The position numbers and the translations under genes were made by a program. This document shows, one piece after another, positions 63,791 to 64,000 of a DNA stretch of 64,000 nucleotides (within the stretch, counting starts at the first letter, position 1; every line of letters starts with the position of its first letter). The notes below the pieces were generated by a model, which did no database searches, was not told where the DNA came from, and worked only from the letters and a program-made list of their open reading frames with translations. The stretch comes from Octopus vulgaris (lineage: Eukaryota), in NCBI GenBank assembly GCA_951406725.2, contig OX597827.1, positions 78,678,001 through 78,742,000 of the forward strand, in the 5' to 3' direction.

Positions 63791-64000
63791 GTAGTTGAAA
63801 GGGCAGCTGTTGAACAACAATCTTTTTTGTGCATGGTACAAAAGATTGTACAGCAACTGACCTGGCTACATCAGTCTCACAGATGGGACTATCCCCAATA
63901 CACAAGACCACCATGGCAAATAGACCCAAGGTGGACACCACTGGCAACAACACAAACATCATATTGGTGCTCTTACTGAATATCAGAGGGCTGTTAATAC

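Overview
AT-rich, microsatellite- and SINE-dense animal genomic DNA. The repeat landscape and tandem C2H2 zinc-finger genes point to an octopod cephalopod (inference). Two divergently oriented C2H2 zinc-finger genes are present: a minus-strand 773-aa ORF at 29672-31993 and a plus-strand gene with its main exon at 53182-54618 and a probable last exon at 61198-61317. Candidate promoter/5'-UTR signals lie between them (41-48.6 kb). Mobile DNA includes four SINE/LINE-tail families, CR1, RTE and Hero-like LINE remnants, Tc1/mariner remnants, hAT and piggyBac-type MITEs, and several Penelope-like (PLE) families carrying type I hammerhead ribozyme motifs. One of these is a tRNA-headed, SINE-like element with a hammerhead/PLE tail. 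The main unexplained signal is at ~0.6-17.6 kb. It has no credible ORF, but most of its non-repetitive blocks fold by eye into long nested helices whose non-Watson-Crick pairs are mostly G-U on the plus strand. It also contains a 38-bp hairpin tandem array and a two-state helix with alternative partners. I interpret this as a candidate very large structured plus-strand lncRNA, with an architecture reminiscent of roX/Xist-type RNAs. All folding was done by eye, not computed. Nearly all short ORFs in the track are microsatellite or repeat artefacts.
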